Positions 22,574 to 34,195 of a DNA stretch of 64,000 bases are shown in pieces (position 1 is the first letter of the stretch; the number at the start of each line of letters is the position of its first letter). The notes below the pieces were generated by a model. The model made no database searches. It worked only from the letters and a program-made list of their open reading frames with translations, and had not been told where the DNA came from. Source of the DNA: Anthoceros angustus (lineage: Eukaryota; Plantae; Anthocerotophyta). Made by a program: the position numbers and the translations under genes. The DNA is taken from the NCBI GenBank assembly GCA_010909165.1, contig VJWM01000044.1:1178001-1242000 (forward strand), read 5' to 3'.

Positions 22574-22578
22574 TTTTT
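22574..22578 (+). terminator. Pol III terminator (T5) downstream of tRNA-Ser
   Basis: TTTTT about 27 nt after the tRNA 3' end. Confidence 0.6.
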
Positions 22579-23368
22579 ATGCCTACTGCGTACTTTTCCG
22601 TTTCTGTTTGCTTTTCTTCTGTAGAAGAGCATACTTTCCCGTTTCTGCTTTTCTTCTTTCCAAGAGCGTATTGTTAGGAAGGAAGCTCTTGAGCGTTTCT
22701 GTAGCGTCTGGAATGGCCCTGAATGCCGAGCATGTGTGAGCGGGCATCCTTTTTACAGACTAGATATTGGGAGAAGTGTCTGCCAACAGTTTGCGAGGGA
22801 TGCCTCAGTGTGTCCTATATGTTGGTATTGTATTTTGAGTTATAGGGCAATCTACACAGGAGCAGGCTGAGAGCCTGGTTTCCTAGCCCCTTGTCTCTGT
22901 GAGTGCGTGCATATGTCTGTCCGTCCATTGGTGTCACTGCCGCAAACCAGGATACCTCATCATGCATGAGTGACCATCTGCCCATCCTGCAGTCCGTTTT
23001 GCCAGAAATGAACGTATTTTGATATGTCAGATATACGTGTTTACAGGCAGGAACTACCCTCGTGAAGCTGTGTGTGTAAACGTGTGTGTCTTCCCGTTAA
23101 GACGTGAGACTGAAGTCCGACAGACGAAGGAGGTCGGACTCGGTCGAAACCCGTCTCTTTCCCTCCAGTCACCCTCGGCTTCACTCCGACCCCTCGACCT
23201 CACAGCCACTCTCATCACGTCCAGCGGCCTACAGGCCATGGCAGACGCACCAACCACGCCCTCCTCCCCCCGCTTCACCTCGCTACCTGCAATCCCTCAC
23301 CTCACAGGCTCAGCCCCCGTCACCTCAGACCCAGCCCAACACCCGGAGCAGCAGCAGCAGGAGCAGCA

Positions 23369-24969
23369 ATGGCCGGGCCCGGACCGCCTCCTCCTCCTCC
23401 TCGTCCCCCTCCCTTGCTGCGCCTCGCGGTGGCCCTGCTGCTGCTGCTTCCCAGCATCGCGCTCGCCTCGGAATCACTCACTCTCCAGGACCTGCGGCTG
23501 GCGCCGAGATCCGGCACTCGCCCGTCGGCCCCGCCCGACCCGGCGTCGCTGGCGCTGGGCCTGGCGCGCCCGCCCTCCCCGACTCCTCGTCGCTGCAGGC
23601 TCGGCTCGATCGCGACCAGCAGCGGGTGAACGGAATCCTGGCCCGCGTCGCCATGCCGTCGTCGGCGGCATCGAGGCCGATGCCGCCGGCGGGTTCCAAG
23701 GCCGCGTCGTGTCCGGCCTGCCCAGCGGCAGCGGCGAGTACTTCGTCACCCTGGGGATCGGCTCCCCGCCCGTCCAGACTTCGCTGGCGATCGACACCGG
23801 GAGCGACCTGCTCTGGCTGCAATGCGCGCCTTGCCAGGTGATACCGTCATCTAACACACATCCGCTCCCGCTCGGGCTCCGCCTTTTCTATCCATCTTGT
23901 TCCACCATTTGATGAATTCAGTGTCCACACAACCCAGGATTGCTACAACCAAGACGGGCCCATCTTCGAGCCCCAACGATCCACCTCGTACCGCACCGTC
24001 GGGTGCGGGAGTCCGCAGTGCCAGCTCCTGGACGAGCGCGGCTGCTCGGGGACGTCGTGTCTGTACGAGGTGGACTACGGGGACGGGAGCTTCACGGAGG
24101 GCGAGCTCTCCACCGACACGCTCACACTCACGTCCCAGGCGGGCAAGCAATTCGCGGTCCCGGACGTGGCGCTGGGATGCGGCCACGACAACGAGGGCCT
24201 CTTCGTGGGCGCGTCGGGGCTGCTGGGCCTCGGCCGGGGCGCGCTCTCCTTCCCGTCCCAGCTCCGATCCACCTTGGGCGCCGTCTTCTCCTACTGCCTG
24301 GTGGATCGCGACAGCCCCGCCTCCAGCTCCCTCGCCTTCGGCCTCTCCGCCGTCCCGCAAGGTCATCCATCCGCGACTGGCCCTCATAAACCCTCCCTGA
24401 CTAACAAGCTAACCGACTGAGCTGACTAACTTCGTGACGACGTCGCAGGGACGCGCTTCACGCCCCTGCTCACCAACCCGAGGGCGAGGACCTTCTACTA
24501 CGTCGGGCTGGAGGGCATCAGCGTGGGCGGGGCGGCGGTGGCCATCCCCGCGGGGGCGTTCGCGATCGGGCCGTCGGGGGCCGGAGGCGTGGTGCTGGAT
24601 TCCGGGACGTCCGTCACCCGCCTCACTGCGGAGGCCTATAACCCCACGCGCGACCTGTTCGTCAGCATGGCCGCGCCCTACCTCGGCCAGCCGGCCGGCT
24701 CCTTCGCCATCTTCGATACGTGCTTCGACTTGTCGCAGCGCCGGAGCGTGCAGGTGCCCGAGCTCAGCCTGCGCTTCCATGGCGGCGTGGAGTTGCCGCT
24801 CCCGCCGAGGAACTACTTGCTGCAGGTGAATGCCTCCGGAACCGTGTGCTTCGCCCTCGCCCCGACCCCCGGCTCGCTCTCCATCATCGGTAACATCCAG
24901 CAGATGGGCACCCGAGTTGTGTACGATGCTGCAGGAGGACGCATCGGCTTCGCGCGCAACCAGTGCTAG
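23369..24969 (+). CDS. Secreted A1-family aspartic protease (nepenthesin/ASPG1-like), 3 exons, two apparent 1-nt frameshifts in exon 1
   Basis: Signal peptide LLRLAVALLLLLPSIALA; SGEYFVTLGIGSP, DTGSDLLW, GLLGLG, VLDSGTSVT, IIGNIQQ, RIGFARNQC*. Introns 23838-23937 and 24362-24448. Confidence 0.9.
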
Positions 24970-25162
24970 GGCTGCATCCGCTAGAATCTCGCAGTCCCTC
25001 CCACTGCTTTTGCGAAATCTCCTTCCATGCTCGCCATCGTATGTGAAAACTATTCGCGTCTAATCTATCACCCTAATCAGGCATGTTCACTTTGCTGAGA
25101 TAAAACACCGATACGTACCCTACCTGGTGACTATATATGGATGCTTACCGCTTACCCCTATA

Positions 25163-25170
25163 TTAGGGTT
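25163..25170 (-). promoter_or_regulatory. Telo-box-like element upstream of RPS24
   Basis: TTAGGGTT (AACCCTAA) about 80 nt before the ATG; a second TAGGGTTT at 25454-25461 in intron 2. Telo-boxes are typical of plant ribosomal protein genes. Confidence 0.45.
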
Positions 25171-25245
25171 CACGGCGTACAGCTATTCCTTTTGCCAATT
25201 CAGCTTGTGAGCTTCGTCTATCCCGCGACCAAGACCTGTGCAACG

Positions 25246-26027
25246 ATGGCGGACACTAGGGCTTGCACGGTGCGCACCCGGAAGTTCATGACCAACCGCT
25301 TGCTGGCGCGCAAGCAATTCGTGAGTGTCTATCCGGTGTAACTGGTTGTGTGATTTCCTTATCCCCGTTCTGCTCTTTGTCTGAGCTCGGTGGTTGGATG
25401 TTGGCATCAGGTTATTGACGTGCTCCATCCTGGGAGGCCTAACGTCTCGAAGGTAGGGTTTTGAGCTCGGGTGTAGTGAAGAGATTTTGTGCGTTGAAGC
25501 CTGTAGGTTGTGGGAGCTCGTTAACTGACTTTAGGCCATGTCATTTTTCCAGGCGGAGCTGAAGGAGAAGCTGGCCAAAGTTTACGATGTGCGAGACGCA
25601 CAGACCATCTTCGTGTTCGGTTTCCGGACACAGTTTGGAGGAGGGAAGTCCACAGGCTTCGGTCTGATCTACGACAACCTGGACTCCGCGAAGAAGTACG
25701 AGCCCAAGTACCGGCTCATTAGGGTAAGGCATCCGAAGTTTGAAGATGGTTTTCGGTTTTCGGACTACGGTCCCCTCACTTTCTCTCGTGGCTGCCTGCA
25801 GAACGGTCTGGCAACCAAGGTTGAGAAGTCGCGGAAGCAGATGAAGGAAAGGAAGAACCGAGCCAAAAAGATCCGCGGAGTAAAGAAGGTGAGATCTCTT
25901 TCGTCCTCTCCACTACCTCTGTTCTCCGTTCGGGATGATGAAATGTGACATCATCTCACTCCATGCTTGTCTGTCTACTCTGCAGTCTAAGGCCAGCGGT
26001 GAAGCTGCCAAGGGAAAGAAGAAATGA
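25246..26027 (+). CDS. RPS24: 40S ribosomal protein S24 (eS24), 5 exons
   Basis: Exons 25246-25320, 25411-25452, 25553-25723, 25802-25888, 25986-26027 give [26 protein letters not shown]...[14 protein letters not shown]...GKKK*, 138 aa. Confidence 0.97.
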
Positions 26028-26786
26028 GTTTCCTTCGGGCGGCGCTGCCGTCCCACGACTGGACCAAGGCATGCTTGGCAACGCTTTGTTACACAAGTAG
26101 GGATTGCAGCCGAGACATCGTATGACGTATTCCATCCCGCTCCAGTTTTGAGACTGGTTCTTTTTGTAGCTCTCCAGAGTGCACGCACCTCTCTGCGGCC
26201 CTGTTGTGCCAATTAGAAATTGATTCTTGTCGGTCCGTTACCAATTCTGTTGCCAAGTTGCCACAACCAATCTGCGTTCCGCCTATGATGCCCTTGCAGA
26301 ATCGTTTGTCCCGAACGCATCCGCGCTTTGGGCAAGGCCTTCCCGTCCACCACGCCGCCATTACGTACAGAGGTACGCGCCCTGGCCTGGCTTCCCCTCG
26401 CAGCTATGGTGGACCTCGATTCTGCTCCGCCTGCTGATTTGCTGCGCAATTTTGTACCTAGTCGGAAATTGTCGGTTACCATGGCCAGACCGGTCAACGG
26501 TCACAAGAAAAGGCGAAGGGATAGATACCCCTTGCAGATGGTGTGTGTCGGGAGGAATTTTTTCCCCCTGTGTTGAATCGCGCCGGTGGAAGTTGCTCGA
26601 ACTGGCGGAGCGTGGTGTGTGAGGGACTAAATTTGTTCGAGAAAGTTCTGTTGTGATCGACGATCAGGATTCCTGGAAGGGCCGGGCGGGATGGGAGCGC
26701 GGCGACGCCCTTCGTGCCGGAATTGGGAGAGGGCGATGGAAGGGTAGGCAGGCTCCGGTTTCGCAAAGGGAATGTGATGTGATGAG

Positions 26787-28971
26787 ATGACGTCACATGA
26801 TGAAGAGCTCTGCGCGGCGCTCACCAGGATGGCCCTGGCCGGGGACGGCGTGGTGTTGGGCCTGGGGATGGCCGTGCTGGCTGTCCGAACATGGTGCAAA
26901 TTCAGAAAACATTCCAAGGCTCTGAAGCAGGTGCAGGAGACGTCGGTCACGTCCATCGCGGACCTGCGGAGTTTGGCTCAGGAGCAGGCGGAGGCGGCGA
27001 GCGCGGAGGCCAGTAAGGTGTATCCGGCTCCGAAGCGGGGCGGGTTCTTCTCCACCGGTGCCAGCGACCGTGGGAAAGTTCGGGAACCGTCCCTTGTGAT
27101 TGTGCGGGGGAAGGTTCACACCAAGGCGTCCGTGGAGCCGCAAGGGAAGGCTGAGGATGCGGATGCGCTTGTGGCTCAGAACGTGGGGGACAAGGCGGTG
27201 TTTCTGGAGCGCACGCAGACGGTAGCTTGCTTGATTTTGTAGCGTGGTGGCATTTTCTGCATGCGTGCCTGTCTGCCCTCTTGTGTGAGACGTGAGCTGG
27301 ATAGGAGTTGCTAGCGTTGCTCATAATAGTTGCGATGTTTTTGCTCTTGATCAGTATGTCCACACTGAGATGTACACGTTATTGGGATGGATAACTCAAA
27401 GGGACTTGGTGACTTTCACTCAGAACATGGTACGCTGACGCAGAGCTCTAACCTCTTTCCTTTGTCTTGCTGCTTGCTCTGTCCGTCTGTTTTTCAGTGT
27501 CTGTACAATGAGTGGAGGGGTATTTTTGGTTGGTCTGAGTGGACCAACCTGTTGGGATGGGGTCCGTTCAAGGAGCAAGTCACTATCTCGAGAAGGAAGG
27601 TATGCCAGCAGGAATGCTTAAGGTTTTCGCTTAGGTCCTTGCTGAAAAGACTCTCGATGAAGTACTGGTAGGCTTCGGGTGCAAGTGCAGGGCTCGAATT
27701 TGGTAGGGTCAAAATTGATTGATGCCAGGCTGACTTTTCATCCCACACAAGGGATGGTCCTTTGCTAAGGAGCGGATTGCCAGCCTTTTCTTTCTCGTTT
27801 AGTTCAGCTGCCTAGGGGCTGTGCATCACGTGGAGCCCTTTCTTGTTACGACTTCTCACGTTGCTGTGGTGGGTTGTCAGGTACCCTTTGTACTGGTAGA
27901 GCAGGGATTACATCTGTCGGCTGAGGGGAGATCATCAAAGATGCCTTTATTTGTGCATGTTGACCTCAATGAGTCAAGACATTCTTTGCCTCTTGTCACA
28001 GTGTACCACCAACTGCACCCTGTGCCCGCTTCCTCCTACACCTTCTTGCAGGCCATGTTTGGGCGAAGATATCCGGTACGTAAAACTTCTGGAGTTTGCT
28101 AAGGCTGAGATGTTCGTCACTATCCAGATATGTGCGGTATTACATCGTGTTCATCTTTGACGTTCTTATGTTTATGTTGGAGACACAGGTTGGTCTTTTA
28201 GATGAAGAAAAAATACTTCCTGTTGGCAAAGAGATCACAGCAGTTGGTTTTCTTGCTCTAAGTCCAGATGGTAGCCCTGTGATCAAGTCATGCAAAAGGC
28301 TGCCATGCTTCCTGTAAGATCCCCCTATCAAACTGATGCCAGACGTTCGTACCCACCCAAGTCAAATATAGCGATTGATGTCTGTTACATGTAGTTCCTT
28401 TCGTAGGTCCTCACATGTGCTTTTTAAACTGTGCCTGGTTTGTAGAACCGAATATACACGAGATCAGCTTGTGACTGAACTAGCAAGCGGCTCAAGAATT
28501 TTGCTTTGGACTGGTATTGTGGTTACCACACTAGCAGCTGGTGTTCTGGGCTACGCTTTGATCAAGTACGTGTGAATGTGTCATGCTTTACAGATTTGCC
28601 TTTGGACCTATTTGACTCTCCTTCCGGAGTCAGTACTTGCATATAACAAGGAGCCAAAGTCATTTCTCGTACATCCGTTTTGCAGGAACTTTGTCAAATG
28701 GAAAGCACGGAGACAGATGAGACAGCGGCAGGATGAAGAAAGCAGGCAGGAAAGGTTGCTAGTTGAGGAAGAGCATGAAGATATTGCCGATGTGCCAGAT
28801 GGGCAGCTCTGTGTTGTATGTTTGCTACGGAGGAGAAGGGCAGCATTCATCCAGTGTGGTCACAGGGTTTGCTGTGGGACTTGTGCCCAAAGAGTTGAGC
28901 AAGGGGCGAACCCAAGGTGTCCTGTATGCAGACAGAATGTGATCGGCACCATTCGTGTGTATGATGGCTAG
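26787..28971 (+). CDS. SPL2: SP1-like RING E3 ubiquitin ligase (SPL2-like; TM-GIDE-TM-RING), 6 exons
   Basis: DGVVLGLGMAVLAV TM, SIADLRSL, GLLDEEKILPVGKEITAVG, second TM, DVPDGQLCVVC...CGHRVCCGTC...CPVCRQ. Confidence 0.88.
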
Positions 28972-29491
28972 CCACCTCCACCTCCTATGATTGTGACTGC
29001 GCGGGCATATGCTGCAGCTTTCTGTACTGCTGAAAAAGGAATACTCTTCAAGCAAGGAGACAGGATTCCCCAGCATACCAGAGGTGTGAGTTCTATGAAG
29101 ATGCAAAGTAGGGTCTTCTTAACAAGGCTGGGATTCATACTGTCAGGACTGTTGAAGCTGACGGGCGTGTGGATGAGAAACAAGCTAACATCCCAGGTAA
29201 TGCGATACAGGCTCTCAAGAAATTTTGGAAGTCAAAAGCTGGTGAGGTGGACCACCCTGCGGCTTTACTTTCTCTAATATTCTTATGCATGACAAAACTG
29301 TAAGATACGGTGCTGAACGGTATACAGGCAGGCCGTCTACGAGAAAACATTACAAGTGCGGACATTACACTTGTGCTGTAGCAGCTGTGACCTGCTTCGT
29401 GCCAACGCTGGCCTGGTGAGACGGGATTGATTCGTTCAGTTCTGAGCTTAATACCACGATCAGTATAGGCATGGCAAAAGCTGTCTGGCCA

Positions 29492-32174
29492 TTAAATTTT
29501 TACAATTGCCACTTTCGTGCGCCCCATCGGAGCTTCGACTTCTGCAGATGGCAGCAATAAGATCTCCGCGAAAGTACCGCCGTTTATCCCCTTGGCAAGC
29601 CGGCCTGGATTTACTGACAAGCAGGAGGCGTCACGTGTAGCGTCACCTGCGTCTGGACTCCGGTCGAGCGGAGAAAAAACCTTCACACACATTGCAGGAC
29701 GCTGAGTAACAGGGATCTGTCTCTCAAGCAAAGAAAAGCATTTCTTGGCAGATCTCGGACCTGGCGTACCTTGGCAAAGGGATTGAGGTCTGAGGGCAAA
29801 AACAAAATGTCGGGGTTGCAAGGCAGATCCAATGAGCCCGGAGCGAGTGAGAAATCCACCACCGTGCCGATGGCTGGAGGATAGAGAGGATAGAAACTGC
29901 ACACGGCCATTACCCGCTTCAACGCGCCATAGCCACCATAACCTAACCATGCTTCAAGCAAGGGGGGGGAGAGGGGGTGGTGGTGTAGAAGGAAGCTCAC
30001 CTTCGCTGCCCGATGATATGGTTACTTAGCCTCGTCATGCGATCGCTTGCGGTGCCAGGCGCAACCCTTGAAATTTCTTCGCTGCTCAGGTGACGGAGAA
30101 TGTCGAGGGTACAGCACCCGATGTTCAGCTGCGAGATGTTGCTCGTTATTAATCAGAATCCAGCATTGGCTAGATGTCAGCACATACGCAGTGTAGGATA
30201 TGCTCCTTCTACCTCATTGCAGCGGAACACAACAGGGTTGGCAAAGAATGACATCTGCAAGCGCACAACATTTGCAGAGCCGTTAGTTGAATAAAGTGAG
30301 TATGGCCAAGTTGCTTAGCTATCTGCACGAACTTCAGTGAACTTGCCTGCTTGTCCGCGTCCTCAAAGTCATCAGCATTAAACGGAGGCTGCAGAACATC
30401 ACGCCCCTGGTTTAGAATGAGTGCGCAAGCAAACAATGGTCATACTACGTTGCGAGAAATGCAGCATAATTCACCTGTGGGAACACAGATACATGGTGTG
30501 AATCTCGTGAAGAGGGCACCAAAGCAACCCGTGCCCCAGCTCCCATGTCCTCGCAGTAACTCTCTATCTGCCATTCTGACGTCATGTCCTGTTCAGTTTG
30601 CGAGTGACAAGCAGTAGAAGTGGTCCAGGACACTAAGATACCAACATGCTGGGCTGTCGAGTGACAGGTAAGTTGAAGCTGACCCGAGATCGCACTTCTT
30701 CTTCAAATATCCGCTTGAACGTTTTAGTCGCCAGACCACTCTTGATTGAAGGATGCTCTGAGTCTACAAAGGGACCCATCTGTGAAGGGGAAGGAACGTT
30801 CATGCCATCAGAACGTCAAACAGCAAGATACATATAAGGTTGGAAACTGAAGCAAGTGTGGGTGCTGTACAAACCAGCAGCAGCAGGTTGGGCCGCTTCT
30901 TTTGAGCGTAGCCGAGGAGCTCCACGAGAGGTTCGAAAGCCAGATTGTCAGACGTTGTGAAAGGACCAGCAGCAGCCACCTTGGAATGTGCCACCCACAG
31001 CACTGTTAGATGGTATGGGCAGAATCAAGCATCCAGAATTGTTGGACTGAAGACCACATACTGACAATGGTCAGTGCACTTGAGGTCCTGAGTGCTGCAG
31101 GTTGCTTCCATAGGGTGCTGGAGGCCTGTCGTTTGGCAGCAGGGCCATCGTCCTCGTCTGCCTCCAGCCTCGGGAGTGGGACAGAGTCGAAAATGCGGGA
31201 AGCAACGAGGCAATGCCCACTTGGATTCTGGCCCTCCACGGCAATCACCTGGCAGGCACACATCACAACGCATTAGAGACATAGTACACATCTATACGGA
31301 TAGGGATGGCCAACGACGTGAAGATAGGGGCTGGCACAGACCTGGCCAGGGAAGAGGGAAAACTGTGGGATGTTTCGGAGATCAAGGCGCACCCTCTGAC
31401 CTCCAGAATACTCAACACTGCCACCATGAACAGTTCCTCCTTTAGACCAAAGCCATGTTCAACACTCCCTAACTCATCGGATCCTTCAATTCTCACCTCC
31501 CTTCCAGCACAACCGAGTTCTCGCTCAGAGCACCTTCCCCGTCACTGCACACTCTGCCCACCACACACACGGGCTCCTGCAACAATCAAAGCTCCACAAG
31601 TCAGCAACCCAATTTGCAACCGGCAACAATGAGGGCAGCCCAATTGGAGTGGATGGACTCCGTTGCACCTGAGAAGCGAGTGCGGCATGGTGCGAGGCGG
31701 TCACGTTCTCCACCTCCGCCAGCTGCTTTGCGAAATTGCGTATCCTGCGTTCCAGAGCACTCCACTGCAACCACAATGCCACTGTCATACATCGGTCTGT
31801 CTCCGAGAAGCGGATCCCACCCACCATGCCAGCCCAATTTGAGGAATTACCCTGTCCTCGGTGCGGTCCCTCATGTACCGGCAGAACGGGTCCGGCCCCG
31901 AGCTCAGCACCTGGATCTCGCACCTGTGGATGGGAGGCAATCTCCTCAGGACACCGGCATCTGAGTCAGGTCCGGGATCGAGATTGCCCTCTGCATCCAG
32001 CCGCAGGTGGGCATTGAAGCAAGACTGGGCCACGAACTTGGTGGCCCGGCTGCAGAACGGGGAGAGCGGGCTGTAGCTGGATTTGACGCGCCTGGAGCCG
32101 TCCAGAGAGGGTCTGGCTCTTAACGAGGAAGGGGTATGGGGGGCAGCTGCTCCTTCCACCTCCATGTCCGCCAT
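29492..32174 (-). CDS. POLA2: DNA polymerase alpha subunit B, multi-exon, apparently N-terminally short
   Basis: RYMRDRTEDR, EGQNPSGHCLVAS, AGPFTTSDNLAFEPL, VLVPSSRD, SFYPLYPP, DILFLPSDL, VNPGRLAKGINGGTF. Confidence 0.92.
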
Positions 32175-32246
32175 CAAGCGCTGGAAGAGGCCCCCGTTAT
32201 GTGTCACATTCTGCAGACAGGAAAGCGTGCTCGCATCTCCGGCCGA

Positions 32247-32276
32247 GCGCGGGAAAGAGAAGCTGGAAGGCGGGAA
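32247..32276 (-). promoter_or_regulatory. Two E2F-type sites in the POLA2/PORR divergent promoter
   Basis: TTTCCCGCGC (32256-32247) and TTCCCGCC (32276-32269), versus E2F consensus WTTSSCSS. Confidence 0.7.
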
Positions 32277-32402
32277 CTGGGTTGCGTGCGGTGACCCTGG
32301 TTTAGATCTGGGTTGGGTGTTGGGTTTGCGGGGTCTGAGACGAGGGACTGGGAAGGGACCGCTGATTGTGCTTAATTTATCACAACGCTGAGGCTACATG
32401 GT

Positions 32403-33847
32403 ATGGGGATGAAGTGTTGCAGGTCGAGAATTGTAGGATTGCTCAGATCGATAGGATGGAGGGCTGCGCAGGTGCAAGTGCGGGGTTACTCCCAGAAGAG
32501 GCACAAGCCCACTCTGATGGGCCCCAAGGAGTGGATCAAGGCTGACAGGCAGAGGTGGCGGCCAGACGTGTCTCTTGACGCAGTGATTAAGAGGGAGGAG
32601 GAGCTGGATCACCTCTTATTCATGAAGGACATTCTGGCCAACACACCTGGGATGCAGATGGGTCTGCAGTACTTGAGGATCCACAGATGGGACATAGGTT
32701 TAATGGGCAACAGTGCCTCAGCCTGGCTGGGTAGATACCCTACCATGTTTCAGGTAGGGGGGTATGCTGGAATATCTTGCGGTTGGCTGGGTAAATACCC
32801 TACCATCTTCCAGGTAGGTAGCATGCTGTGGTGCTCCCGAGTGGTTTGTGTGGGTAGCTGGTTTTTTGAGTGTGTGTATGCTGCTGCTGTGCTGTGTTGC
32901 AGGTGAATGAGAAGGATTCTCCTGCGGCGTGGTTTGAGTTCACTCCAGAGGCTAGAGAGCAGGTGGCACGGGAGAAGCAGTTCTGGATCGAGAATGAGGG
33001 CCTGCTAGTGGACAAGGTGAGGAAGCTGCTCATGATGGCACCTGGGAGGCGGCTGTCTCTGGATGTCATTGGGCATTTGAAGAAGCCAATTGGCCTGCCT
33101 GAGAATTTCAGGACCAGGCTTGTGCACGAGTATCCTCAATTCTTCAAGGTTGTTGAGGAGGGTGGTGAGAGTCTGGAGCTCACGCATTGGGACCCTGGAT
33201 TGGCTGTGAATTCCTTCCAAGAGATGACCCTGGCTAGAGCAGCTCCTGCAAGCAAGGATGGTAGGGATCACAAGCCTCAGGATTGGATGCACTGGATGTC
33301 CTTCGATAAGAAGAAGAGCAACCTGAACAGGAAACAGGTCCTGGGCATTGTCAAATTCCATCAGGCACCATTTGTATCTCCGTACGACGAGAAAGCACAG
33401 GACCTGGATCCGCAGTCTGTGGAAGCCGAGAGGCATGCGGTGGCTGTGCTGTATGAGCTGCTTAGCATGACCTTGCGGAAAAGGATTCTGGTGGATCGGT
33501 TGTCCCACTTCAGAAAGATCTCCCGCCACTACAAGTCTACTAGGTCACTTTGTATCCAGCATCCTGAGCTCTTCTATATTTCCATGAAGAGACTGCGGGA
33601 GACGGCTTTCCTTAAGGAGGCTTACAGGAATTCCCAGCTCATCGTGGAGGACCCTTTTCTATCAGCCCAAGCATGGGTTGCGACATTTATGGAGGAAGGA
33701 AGGAAGTTCGTGCAACCTAGGGTGAAAAAGAAGAGGAAAGTAGAAGAAGGCATCCCTGAAGGCGAGGGGGAAATTGAAGACGCAGAGTCCGAGGTGGACG
33801 CGGACGGTGATGGTGCTCGTTCTGACAAGGATGCTTCTGCAATCTAG
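32403..33847 (+). CDS. PORR domain protein, paralogue of 19882-21255, 2 exons
   Basis: Exon 1 32403-32753, exon 2 32903-33847; same PORR motifs (VDKVRKLLMM, PFVSPY, HAVAVLYELLSMT, HPELFYISMK). Confidence 0.9.
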
Positions 33848-34195
33848 AGTCATGTTGTCACAGCTCCATTGTATGCAGCGTGTTATTTTGCAGGGATCCC
33901 AGGTAAGCCCACCACCTTCAACTATCCTGGTACAACTGGCGTGATTTATTTGCTGCTTCCTATGGAGATATGTTGAAACACTGGTATAGAATATGCTACA
34001 ACGACAACATGTTTCCTTTGCCATCGTGCAGGGCAACTAACACCTGGAGCTCATGTGAACCTCCGATCTCCAAGTTCCCTGGACCAACAACGCACTGCTT
34101 GCACAACAAGCGAAGCTTACGGCTCTACTTCTCTCTTCTCGGTTCTATCTTCCACTTCAAAAGCGAGTATAAACGAGAGTGGCCACTGAGTTGTC

